Origin: Cyanophora paradoxa CCMP329
Lineage: Eukaryota > Plantae > Glaucophyta
Assembly (NCBI GenBank): GCA_004431415.1
Contig: QPMI01000415.1
Location: forward strand, 124,001 to 188,000
Direction of reading: 5' to 3'
DNA: 64,000 nt
Shown here: piece after piece, positions 1 through 12,000 of the stretch
Layout: each line of letters opens with the position of its first letter
Numbering within the stretch: position 1 is the first letter of the stretch
Notes under the pieces: generated by a model
Told to the model about the DNA's origin: nothing
Seen by the model: the letters and a program-made list of their open reading frames with translations, nothing else
Databases searched by the model: none
Translations under genes and position numbers: made by a program

Positions 1-149
1 TGGTAAAGTGAAAGTCAGCTGCGCACGCACTGGCAATGATCATCATGGCACACGCATGTGGGACCCGGGAACATGTGTGCCGCACGTGCGCTCAAACGCC
101 GCTCACTGAGTCAGAGTCACTGAGCCGATTCTCAGAGACTTAGACTTTA

Positions 150-403
150 CCGTGCCACGGTGTAACACTTAAGTAATGCGCGCATTTAAGTAATGCGGTC
201 CCAAATTAACTGTAGTAATGCGCTTTCCGCTGGCAAAACGCATTAATTTGGGGCCGCATTAATATCCAAACGCTCGGAAACTGCTGTATGTGCCCCCCTA
301 TCGCAACCAATTGCAAAAAGCTGCAAATCGCATTAATTCGGTGCCGCATTAATAGCCATTATACTATGATTATAGGGGGTCCGGGTCCAGAAACGCATTA
401 ATT
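150..403. mobile_element. Degenerate, truncated copy of the MITE family seen at 461-720
   Basis: Starts TA|CCGTG...AACACTTAAGTAATGCG. Shares internal motifs with 461-720 (GCTGGCAAAACGCATTAAT, GCGCATTAATATC, GGGTCCGGG). No right TIR found. Confidence 0.45.
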
Positions 404-460
404 ACTGGCACATCATGGCATGTAGCGTCCCTGCGGCGAGCCTCGGAGAATCGGAGACTA

Positions 461-720
461 CCGTAGAACACTTAAGTGAGTAATGTGCACACTTCATTAA
501 TGCGCCCCCTAATTAATGCGTTTTCTGCTGGCAAAACGCATTAATTCGGGGGCGCATTAATATCGAAACGCTAAGAAAACTGCGGTAAGTACCCCCCTAA
601 CCCAGGCAGAAAGCTCCAAAACGCATTTATTTGGGGGCGCATTATTTCCCAAGTGAGGGGTCCGGGACCCCGGGTCCAAGAACGCATTAATATCGGGCGC
701 ATTAATTAAGTGTTTTACGG
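461..720. mobile_element. Non-autonomous Tc1/mariner-superfamily (Tc2/pogo-like) MITE
   Basis: TIRs CCGTAGAACACTTAA ... TTAAGTGTTTTACGG. TA on both flanks (459-460, 721-722). Internal repeated CGCATTAAT/ATTAATGCG motifs. Confidence 0.75.
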
Positions 721-917
721 TAGCGCTACCGGTACACGCCGTATGCGCAGGCTCCCGGTACTGGCTGGCACTAGGCCTGGCTCAGGCCCTGAGTCTGGGG
801 CCTGAGGGCCTGGCCATCTGCCAATGGCCATGGGCCGCCAGGCGCAGGCTGACTCAGTTAGGCTGGCACAGCCGGCGCCTGGCGCCGGCAGGTTGCTGAT
901 GAGCCTAGTTACCAGTA

Positions 918-1370
918 CCGTGTAATACTTAATTACCGCGCTGACATAACTACTGCGCTACCATATTACTGCGCTCAAAAATTTTAGAACGCAGTAATAT
1001 TTGGTAGCGCAGTATTACCCCCTTTCCTAACAAATAACATGTTTTCGAATTCTGAGGTCGACGGAACGCAGTAATTTGATAGCGCAGTAAAGCGCCTACC
1101 CGCGCAGAAAAGTTTGCTCCTCGTCGTTCTAGTGTGACTAGTACTTCTGCGTCGACGTCCTTGAGCTCTTATACTCCTTCTCCTGTGCTCGTTCTAGATC
1201 TCCTTATCCGATGATCTTTTGCGTTCTTCTAGATCTGATCGTGTCCCTTCTCGTGATCATTCGCCCCACGTGCACCGTAGTCTCTCAAAAGAAAAGTTTT
1301 AAGAGTTTTTAAAACGCGTTAATTTGGTACCGCGGTATTTTGCTCAGAGGAGGGCCATTTTTGAAACCGC
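918..1370. mobile_element. Related MITE-like element, right end unclear
   Basis: Starts TA|CCGTGTAATACTTAATTA, similar to the 461 TIR. Repeated CGCAGTA(A)T/TACTGCG motifs. Followed by a SINE 3' fragment. Confidence 0.35.
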
Positions 1371-1372
1371 GT

Positions 1373-1407
1373 GTGGGTACGCCCACCGTAGATTTTAAAA
1401 AAAAAAA
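1373..1407 (+). mobile_element. 5'-truncated 3' end of the SINE at 2039-2214
   Basis: GTGGGTACGCCCACCGTAGATTTT is identical to 2179-2202 and is followed by an A11 run. Confidence 0.55.
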
Positions 1408-2038
1408 GGTCCGGCCTACGGTATACAGTAGCATTAATATTACTTGAATGCATCATCATTATCAACGGTGGAGAATGCGCACTGCGGCAGAGCCTCGGAG
1501 CTTTGAATCATGATCATGATACCAGGTAAGCCTCGGAGGCTCAGCCGGCTCAGCCCGGCTGGCGGCGGCGTGGCACTGGCACTGCGGCAGATGGCGGCGT
1601 AAGGCACTGCGGCAGCTGGCGGCGTGGCACCCGGCCCGGCCATAACAAATCGGAAAGCCTTGGAGCCTCCGAGGCTCGAGCCTCGGAGCTCAGCGGCTAG
1701 CGCTCAGCCTGGATTCCTGGAACTTCGGAAGAGCGAACCGCCAAAAAAGTCGGAAAGCCGCCGATCGATAATAATGATTCGATATATCCCATCATCCTTG
1801 AAGCCTCCGAAGCTCGACTCGGCGAGCTCAGTCTGGAAGAGCGAACCGCCAAAAACAATATTGAAATCTGTCACGAATTTCCGACTATATAGACTATATA
1901 GACCATTGCTAGTAGCCAAAGACTCTTTAGACAGTGAATTGTAGGATTGCTCTTTTAGCCGATGATAAATTGCCGGACCGTAATACACAATATTACCATA
2001 ATACACATATATCAAATGTGGGGACGACACAATAAGTA

Positions 2039-2214
2039 CGCGCTTTTGGCGTAGTGGTATTAGGTCGTGCTACGACCTCCCGGATTTCCGGGTTCGGCTC
2101 CTGCTGTTTCCGCTTCGTTGTACTTCGAACCCTCGTGGTTCCCGATACTGTGACTTGTATCCTCGTTGTGTACTACGAGTGGGTACGCCCACCGTAGATT
2201 TTTATAAAAAAAAA
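2039..2214 (+). mobile_element. tRNA-derived SINE
   Basis: Pol III A box TGGCGTAGTGG (2047-2057). B-box-like GGTTCGGCTCC (2091-2101). Anticodon-arm-like hairpin AGGTC-GTGCTAC-GACCT. 3' hairpin GTGGG-TACG-CCCAC and an A-rich tail. Confidence 0.6.
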
Positions 2215-2725
2215 GACATAATAAAGTATGGAGCGTCTCTCTCAAAAAAGACATAATTTCGGGACGATATAATAAAGTACAGATCTTTACATTCTGCATT
2301 ACGGTATATATATAGCCGAGAGGCCGAATTCGGCAATCTTACATGTACAGTGCTAGTGTCTAGACACCGTCGGACTGTGGCCGGTAATTCACCAAAAAGC
2401 AAATACTGTAAGACTCTTATTATACTATTATAGACGGGTTTAAAATTAGACGTTCGCTTTTTAAGCCGATGTTAGACGAACTGCTGCCTACTCGAGCTCT
2501 AAACATGTACAGGCAGTAAGTACTATAGTATACCCCGTTCGGGCACATTCGGCGGGGATTAAGTTAGACGAATGGGTTACCTGAGAACTTACCTCGTTTA
2601 TCCGCGCCTACATTTTAATACCCGTCTAAAATAATAGCCTTACAGTATTTATACGGTAGTATCGAGCAGTCCGACGGTCCTGCGAGCGAGACTGAGCCAG
2701 TGCCAGGCTGAACTTCGGAATCCAG

Positions 2726-2800
2726 AGTCCTGACTCCTGACCCTCGGACTCCTGAGTCCTGAGTCCTGACTCCTGAGTCCTGACTCCTGACTCCTGAGCC
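2726..2800. repeat. 7-bp minisatellite (GA[C/G]TCCT)n, about 10 copies
   Basis: Read directly: agtcctgactcctga...gagtcctgactcctgactcctgagcct. Confidence 0.85.
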
Positions 2801-3089
2801 TAGTAGTATAGCTGTACCGGGTAGCCTAGCCCTAGTAGTAGCTACGTACACACTACCGGGGTAGGCAAAGCTGCTTAATCAAAAGCTAGAGGTGTGCTCC
2901 AAGCCTGCAGCGTGCTTGAAGAACGTATAAACAGGAAACAACGCTGTTGTTGCCAGACAGCTGTGCCCGCATGCACGGTGCACCGTCAGGATTGAACTGA
3001 CGTGGATGCGCTATAGCTAGCTGCAGCAGCGCATGCGTGGCGGCAGCAGTATCAATAGGTTCTCTTCCTTCAAATTCGAATTCGCCCCC

Positions 3090-6000
3090 ATGCATATGCA
3101 CACGTATAAGTATACGCCTTCCGGAACTCGAAGCTCAAGTGTCCGCTCCACCGGTTTGCTGCTTCTCGTGATGCTGTGCTTGGGGCTTCGAATTCGGGCA
3201 TCAGACGCGCGTGCGTACCATTGCATACGTACACATATGTATGCGCGTCGACGTGACCGTTAACGTTGGATCCGGATCCCGGACTTCGACAAGCGCAGAA
3301 TCTACAAGTAAGCCCCCTTCGTCAAAGCCTGCACAAGTCGTTCAGAGCGACGTGGCCACCACGAACGCTCCAAGTGGAATCAGCAAGGCGGCTGGCACAT
3401 TCTTTCGGACAGCGAACGGGAGCGCAGCTCTGCTGCTCGTCGGTTCAGCGTCTCATAACCAGATTTGGACGCTGGCTCAAAAGAACGCCAGCGCATTCGA
3501 ATGGACACAAAGGAACGAACTCGACGCAGGCATGAACATTATCACTGAAAACGTCACAAATCCAAGCGTCACATTGTCCGCCTGTGTGTGGTATGCGCAT
3601 CTACAGCCGGCGTGGCTGCTCTAGATCTGCACGTGCACCGACCGCGAATCGATCGCGATCGCGGTTTGCCGGCGCTCTGCGCCGAACTAATATAATTATA
3701 TACATATATATAACAGGGACGGGGGCAACAACGGCTACATCTACTGCTCAGGTGGAAAGATCAATAACAGCACAACGAACGTGAACTCCACGGACAAAGT
3801 TTGGCGGATGGGCAAGCTTCTAATCTTACATTGAAATGGCTGGCTTCAATCGCGAGCCGACGCTGTCCCTGCTTGCAGACACGACGCTGACCTCGATGAC
3901 GGTATTTGTGAACCCAATGCCAGCAAAAGTTCATGGTCATTGCATGGTTCGCGGCAAATGATCGCTCTGCGATTTCTGTACTGTAGCTAACCAGTACTTC
4001 ATTTCGATCTTGCAGGCTCTTCTCAACAATCAAACTCTGTTCGTGGCTTTCGGCTCCGGACCTGATGGGCCGCTCACAAAGCTCTACTGGTGGGCATGGA
4101 TATGTGCCGATGAGCTTGACTCTCCGTGATCTTTCTGACATCGATATCGATTGTCGCAGGTACGACGTGTCGCAGGGCGATCAGGGTTCCTGGAATGTTT
4201 GTGCGCTGAATATATATTAGACCGATTGCGAGGCTGATGAGTGATGACGGTACTAATATTAAATATCGATGACAGCCAATAGCACAGTTGCGGCGGGCCC
4301 GCGCGAAGGCGCTACGTGCAACCTATTTCGTGCGTTTGCTTTTCGATCTTCTGCGTGCACGTGGATACGGCGGCAATGCTCTGCGCTTCAGAGGGCAGGC
4401 TGTACGTGCTAGGCGGCAGGCGGCCGGAGATCAACGATAACGGAACAGTCACCAAGGCCTTCATGCTCCATGACCTCTGGGTGGCGGACCTCATGTCCGC
4501 CAGCAAAAGTTTCAGTCTGGTCGCATCGGACTTTGTGCTGGATTCCGTGGGAGCCGGCCTCGTCGGCTGCGGAGCCTGGCAGGTCCTCGTCCTCATGTGA
4601 GCTCTAGATCTCGCCATCCACGTGCTTTGTCGTTCGAAGGGCGAGACTTGAGCTTCAATTTTGTTCTAACGTGCAGGTCTCATAATGGTACCGGTGTCCG
4701 AGACATGCAGCAGGGCCCCATCATGCAATACCGGGTGCGCATTCAAGTCATAGAGCTCGAGTTTCCGATCGCGAACCGGAGTCACACCCCGGCACAGCTC
4801 GCATGGGGGTGAGCCCCACCAATTGTGCGACCTTCCCGCGACCATTTTCAATAAGCACATTTTCAGCATCACGAATCTCAGTCACAAAATCACAAATTCG
4901 CACTGAGCCACACTACATTTTTCAAACATCTAACCCCTCCTTACTGAAACCAATCACAAAAACCTACATATAATCTTTTCTCTAATTCCTTACCATTCCC
5001 AGTAAGCCCTTAAACCCTCCCTCGATTTCTCAGTAAGGACAGTAAGACCCCTATTTTTACGAAATGTTCCCGATCGTTTCCGGACTGTTTTCAGTTAGCC
5101 AAATTGAAAAATCAAGGTGAGCCCCACCAATTAAACAAGTGATCCCCACTTAAAGACTTCCCGATAATATACTGTAACAATGGCAAGCGATCAAGTAACT
5201 CTACCTGAGAGTAAGCAATGCAATGTATGCAACAAGGTAAAACCGGCATCGAGTTATACATTGCAAAAGGGTAGCTCAGGAAGTATACTTTTGAATTGGA
5301 GATGCAAAGTCTGCGAACGTGACTATCGCAATTACCTTTATCATTTCGTGTTAAAAACGCGTCCGAAAATCGAAGTGCAATCGAAGGTATGCTCGCACTG
5401 CAAGATTGAAAAGCCTGCAAGCGAGTATAATAAAAAACAAAGCACAAAGGATGGTCTCTACTATCAATGCCGAGAATGTTATAGTAAAACTCGTAAGAGT
5501 TAAAACCGAATTGCACTTTATCTATTCTTTTTAAAGCAAGTTTGTGCATGAGCAAGCATGCCGAAAATGCCCACCTGCACAAACTCGCGACTTCAATCGA
5601 AATGTTCCATTTAATGCACTGGAACCACTCGCGCCCCGCCCACTATGCAAGATACATGCAAACAACATGCGAGATACATATATAAATTGTTTTTCTCTTC
5701 CTATAATAAATGAAGACTCACTTTTACCATAAATATACCGGCAACAAGTATAATGAAATGGATACGATCTATCCATATATCGATTTAGAAGGAATTAATA
5801 AAGTTATAGAACCGTTTTGTGGTTCAGGTGCTTGTAGTTTCTATCTTTGGGAAAAGCATAAAGACCGGTTTGATTATTATATGAATGATAACGACGAAAC
5901 CCATACCCTTTTTTTGAATACAATGAAAGACCCAGACAATAAAGTTAAACTCTTAGAGAGTCTTAAACAGTTCGAAGCAGTAAGCAATATAGAAGAGCAT

Positions 6001-9000
6001 AAAGAAGTCTATAAGAAGTTTCTACAACATGATCGTAAAGATGCAATGGATTACTTAGCTCACCATTTCTATCTTCTTAAAAACAGCGTTTTAAATGTTA
6101 AAACCCTCCGTGATTTCAAAAAACGAAACGTGAAGGTGAGTCCATATACAACTCTTAAAAAGAAGATACCTTACGATGATTTTATTAAAGGAGCCAGCCT
6201 ATCCCATGGGGATTTTCGCGATATTGTAGCCAAATATAGAGATGATGAAGCGGCTTTTATATTTCTCGATCCTCCATACGTAAACAGCAATAATGACTTT
6301 TACGAAAATGTAGAATTCGATTTAGAAACCTTCTTTTTGGATTTGGAAGACCTATTTAAGACAGCGAAATGCAAGGTTATGATGGTTGTAAATGATGCTC
6401 TTTTAATGAAACTCCTATTTAAACCCTATATTCGCCATACGTATGGCAAAGTGTATGGTATAACAAAACGAAAAAGGAACCATATCATAATGACTAACTA
6501 TGAACTTGGTGAAAAATAACGACTCAGTCATATATATATTTCGTATATATGTCCGAACCTCCGTGTGTGTGATCCCGCACAACTTTGAATTTTTTGTGTT
6601 TTTTTTGTTTTTTTCGAAACCGCCACGCAAACCGACAAATCACTGCATCTCTTCACCAACTCATCGCCTTGCAAAACCAAAAATAGCGCCGTGACCGTCT
6701 TGACGAGGCTAACACGACCATGTAAGTATCATAGGGTCATTAAATATTTGTTTTATAATTAATAATGGATTCCCGATACCGCGGCTACCACGTTATGCTC
6801 GACTATATAACCGAGCCGTTTACTGAGTCCCCGGAGGCATGCGCCGAGTGGATCACAGCGAACCTATCGCAATATATCACAGATCGCAATATGCGCATCG
6901 TGCATCAGCACACTTGCATTTTCGATGGCTCTATTTCCCCTCCCGGTTTCGCGATTGGCTTTCTATTAGATGAGTCGCATGCCACAGCTCACTCTTATAG
7001 CGACCAGGGGCTATTAGCGATCGATATCTTTACATGCGGGTCAAATGCCGAAGCGAAGACAATGGGTATAGCACAGGACATTAACGATCTCATACAGGAA
7101 AGGCTGAAAGTGCGAAAGTGGGACTTACAGGTCGAGCAAAGGTTCCCAATTTCATAAAAAATGAAAAAAACGACAGATATATTTAATGCTCCTTGATCGG
7201 AAACTTGCCCATTAGCGGGTGATCGAGACCCATGACATACCAGGATTTCATAACGGGATCCCAGCGGGCTTTCTCAGCCTTCGCTTGATCCTTAAATTCA
7301 TAAGGAATATCGAGATAAACCTTCACGTTTCTTTGATACACTTGCTCATAGCTTAAAGTCTTGAACTGAGAGCATAGGGGGTGATCTTTCTGTGTCACAT
7401 ACCAGCAAGAATTCTCGGGATCCCACTTTCCACCGAGGGATTTCGCAACGTTCTTTTTATCATAGGGAATATCAACATAATGCTTTTCACCCTCCATCTC
7501 TTTTATATTTACCGGAGAAAATAATTTCGGGGTTTGTTATGAACGAGATGACCGAAGAATGCGCGTAGTAGGGGCTGTGTAGCTTGCGCTCTGATTCTTG
7601 AACGATTTATACCACCTCTGACTGTTTACCTCTGAGAGCTTCTCAGTTCCCGCGATCGTTAGTTTAGCGAGCTCTCTCAGCGCCCTCTTTGTCTTTTCTG
7701 CGCGATCTTCCAATAAAGCCCCTTTCGGAACACTTGCGGCGACATCTATGCCTTCCTTTTGAACCTGCCGGATCGAAGCTGCCTCTACATCAGCCGCTAA
7801 AATAGCGTTGCCTGATGGCTCCACCACAGCCTCGACCTCTGTAATGATTTGCAATTCGTGCGGCTTAAAAAGCTTCGGCATAACGTTCCCCGCTGCATCT
7901 TGCACCTCTATCGCGTTTCCTCTCCTTCCCGCAATTTTGTAGACCTCTCGGCTATACCTTTGAGTCGCCCCTTTATCGAATTTTGATCTCGGCAATAACA
8001 GGCGGACGTGGAGACCCGGCTTAAAGTCGCTGAATATATCCTTTACGATTGTGTTCTTCCTTGAAATAATAGCCGCTCGGATCCGCTCCATATCAGAAAG
8101 CTTAACATCTGCGGGTTTCATTCCTATGGTTCTGTGAATGGTGTTATTATAATTGAAAACGAAGTCGTCCAGCTTGTCCATAAACCGCACAGTATTATAT
8201 GCGACACAGTAATTGTTTATCATCGTTTTTAGGGTCAAATGAAAGCGATTCATTATTCCCAGCGAAGTGTGATCTCCGACCTGTTTAAAGCGGTGCTCTA
8301 TTCCATTGCTTTTAACGACCTCCTGAAACTCCTTCGCGATGAATTCTGAGCCGTTATCTGTCTCCAATCGAATCATCGGAGCCGGGAGCTCTGTAAGCAT
8401 CTCCGCAAAAGCGGCGGCAACACTTGCGCCCTCTTTGTTCTTTAACTTCTTGGCATATGCTTTTCGGCTTGTCATCTCGATGAGAGTAAGGACTGCAATG
8501 TAGCCGGAATTATAGCTGCCATATGAGAGATAAAAGATGAGATCGGCTTGGTAGCACCACGGCGGGGCTGTGATGGGAATAAAAGCTGTTTGGGTCGGTG
8601 CGGGGGCTTCTTGTTGATCTGCATAAATTCTTGTTTCGCTGCGACATCTTGCACTTCTTTTAATGTGAGGGTCTTGTCCTCTTTTCTCAGCTCTTCGTAT
8701 ATCGCGGACGGGTTCTTAAAACCTGTCTTCGGGTCATACATGCGTCGCACGATCTTAGAGGACGGGTTAGCAATGCTAAAAGGAACATCTCCTAATAAAT
8801 TTGATTTTGCTTGGCGTTTTGTGATTTTTTGGGGGACTTGCTCAGTTTCAGGAACCGCGATAGGTAGAATGGTGGTCTCCGTTTCCTCGCCCGCTACCCT
8901 TCTGACGATCCGTGACATTCTTCTAATTAACCCTGTTTATTTTTTGCTGCAATTGCACCCGTGATGCGCGAGTTGACAATTGTCTTTAAGATGTGGGCGC

Positions 9001-12000
9001 TTATTATTGATGCGATCCACGACGAGCCTATAATTCGGATCTTGCGGCTCAATCGGAATCGGAAGGGAACAGATCGCACAGGCGCCCTTCTGTTGCTTCT
9101 TGCGCTCTAATATCCACTCCGGCGTAATATAATCCGCTTCGTTGAAATCGCGCCCGGCACGCTGATCCTGGCATTTATATCCGCGGATCTTCGTTTTCAG
9201 ATATTCGATGTAGTCGCTCTTTCCTTGGAACTTGTGAATCGGTGTATAAATCAGCACAGTGGACAGATCGCGGTTACGAGTGAGAGCGGTATAGAACCAT
9301 TCGCGAGTGGTATAGCGGAACGTAGCCTCACAAATGACAATGCCCGAATCAAGTGTGAGACCTTGCGTTGAATGACCTGTTCCTGCATAAGGGAGAGAAA
9401 AATGTTCTAACATCGCGCACGGAACCTCGAACGTGACGCCATCGAAAACGTCAGTTAATGTGACCATTTGCTTGGTGATTTTGGTGATTCGATAGGTGTA
9501 ATTCGTGTATGCATTAATAGACTCACCCTCAGACCGCGAAATGCGTAGATACCTGCGACAAACGACCTCCAAACCCTTGTAGAATTTGATGCCGTTGACC
9601 TCTACGGTTGCAATATTTACTTTTCGTCTATCGTGCATCAGTTTGTTATAGGCTAAGGTCATTTCGTTTCTGTAAGCGATGCCAAAGTAGCCGTCGGGAA
9701 TGGCGCTTAGATCATTAATTGTCGGCAACCCGTATTTCGAGATAATCTGTGAGGCTTCGAGTCCGTTTTCGAAGAGATCCTCTTTAATCGCCCGAATTAA
9801 TTCACGGTCTGTCTCCTTCTTGTGCCGCTTGTTAATGCGTAGACTCAGGACGTTAGGGAACATGCTCTGCACAGCGCGCTTATAGTAGCCCTTGCGATCA
9901 GAAACCGATAGCTCATCATTAATCGGTTCGTTCTGATAGGTATCGCCATTAGCCAAATATTTGATATCCGGATAGCGATCGATAAACGACTTGATCTTAG
10001 CGAGATCTTTTACAGAATACGCGAATATCTCGTCGAACATAATGTGGCTGAACTCGGAGACAAACGCCCTCTGGTCTTTTTCGCTCATAGCCTCTTCGTA
10101 GGTCTGATCATTTGAGACACGGATCCCGAGAACATTATACAAAGTGCGAACGGTAATATTCTCGATTCCGCGGACTTTGAGAGAGTCCCTCAGCTCTGCG
10201 CACTGTTTGTTATAGGGGCAAATGACTAAGCAATTTGACTTTTGAGAGGCAAAGCAATTAATACCGAGGGTCGACTTTCCACTTCCGGGCATGTCAGCAA
10301 GGACAAGCATACGATTATGGAGCTCCGCAACCCAATTAAAGCACTCCGGATTAAATTCGTCCCTCAGCGAGAACCGGTTAATGAGTGTCTCGGGATCCTG
10401 AAATTCGAGAGTTACACCCCGTGGTGGGCGGAGTGCATTCTCAGGGCATCTTTTCCCGGGAATATAGCTGAATTTGCCCATGTTCTCAAACGCATTTCGG
10501 TCGAACTCTTTCTTACTTGTCCATGAACCTTCGATATATAGACAGTCCGTTCTGATCCCGGCAACCTTGTGCCCGCGCGCTGTCAGGCGCTTGTATTGCG
10601 CAAACATATTAGCACGGTTGCGATCGTAAATATGAAAGTGGATAGGAAGGAATCCGTTAACGAGCTCGCGGTGGGAGCTGATCTTAACGAAATAGATGTG
10701 ACCTTCGAATTCGCTAAGAGTTTTGACACGTTTCGAATTCTTAGGATTGAAAGTAAACACCTCTACTGTTCCTCCGCATTCTTGGGCGAACCTCTCAGCC
10801 TCGGCACGGTTGTAGAACATTTTCGTGGATGTTTGCGAGTCTTGGAATTTGCCGAGCATTCCGATCTCTTTCACTAAAATATGCTTCTTATCTGTGGTTT
10901 GAATGTCGCTTGACAGCACTTTTTGCATCTCAGCGATCGACGTATTGGGCACCAAATGCGAAGGCTCCGCGACCGCGATAATCTCTATCTTGTCCTTTAC
11001 GTCCGCCCAATGCATGGAGAGAGTGTAGCCTGTCATGAAATTATAACAGCGACCACTCACGGAAAATGCGCGATCCAGAATAATTTCGATTCCATCAATC
11101 TTGCGAGACATGGCGGCATCATAATCTATGTCCTCATCGTCGGCGAAAGTCGCTTGCTCTTTCTCAAACGCAACCACACGCACGTAGTAGATTGCGTATT
11201 CGAGAATATCGCTTCCCGCTTTAAAGGGAACGAAGTCATCGAATACATTGTATTTCGGAAGATATTGCATGCCTTTCAGTATCGAAGGGTAGCACTTCGC
11301 CATATCGACAGCTGTGTAGGTAGCTTTCGGGTTCGGCTTATAGAAATAGCCGCTTAGTGCGGATCGCTTGTAGTGCGTGAGAATTTCGCGCATGTTCGGG
11401 CTGTAATGTGAGATATTCGTGGTATTCAGTAGCGACTCCCGGAAACCCTTACCGATTTCACAGACCTTATTATAATACTCTTCTGTTTCGAAATCTTGCT
11501 CAATAAAGTGGTCGGTTGTGCGTGGATCTTTGATAGAGAACATCGAGCCATTAGCTTTGAATGTGATGCTGTCGATTTGTTTCGATGGCGTTAGCTTCAC
11601 AGCGGGCTCATATCGCATTTTCAGGAACGTAAATAGAAGACCTTCCAGACCTTCGCGCCCAGTATAAAGAATGCGGATGAAACTGCGCTCGTCGGGCGAT
11701 AGTTTAAGTTGCGTGATCTTTAACAAATCCTTGGATGTGTGCGCGAAGATATCGTGAGTAAGACACGTCGGAATTTTATAGAGTGCTAACGAAGAGGTCG
11801 ACTTAGGAACATGATTATCGAGCTCTTCGACCTCCATCTTCGCCATGCGCATTTCGAGCGACTTGATGTTATCGTTGAATATATAGATGTGCTTGTTGTG
11901 AATCATAAAGTGAATATTGCGGGGATTGATATTTTTGTTAATTGATTCCGCCGCGAATTTGTATACTAACTTTCCGTCGACATCAAAGACGCGGAAGCCT

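Noticed and set aside
1373-1407. Helitron 3' terminus
   Set aside because: The hairpin is not followed by a spaced CTRR end, and both copies carry A-tails.
2039-2110. Functional tRNA-Ser(GCT) gene
   Set aside because: No acceptor-stem pairing, an imperfect B box, and it runs on into a repeated A-tailed body. SINE head fits better.
5112-5582. 156-aa ORF in the TIR (also 30291-30761)
   Set aside because: Antisense shadow of the zinc-finger gene, with a non-ATG start and no motifs.
8575-8600. Programmed -1 frameshift in the integrase
   Set aside because: CCCAAAC is not in the X_XXY_YYZ phase, and similar 1-nt losses occur in unrelated genes.
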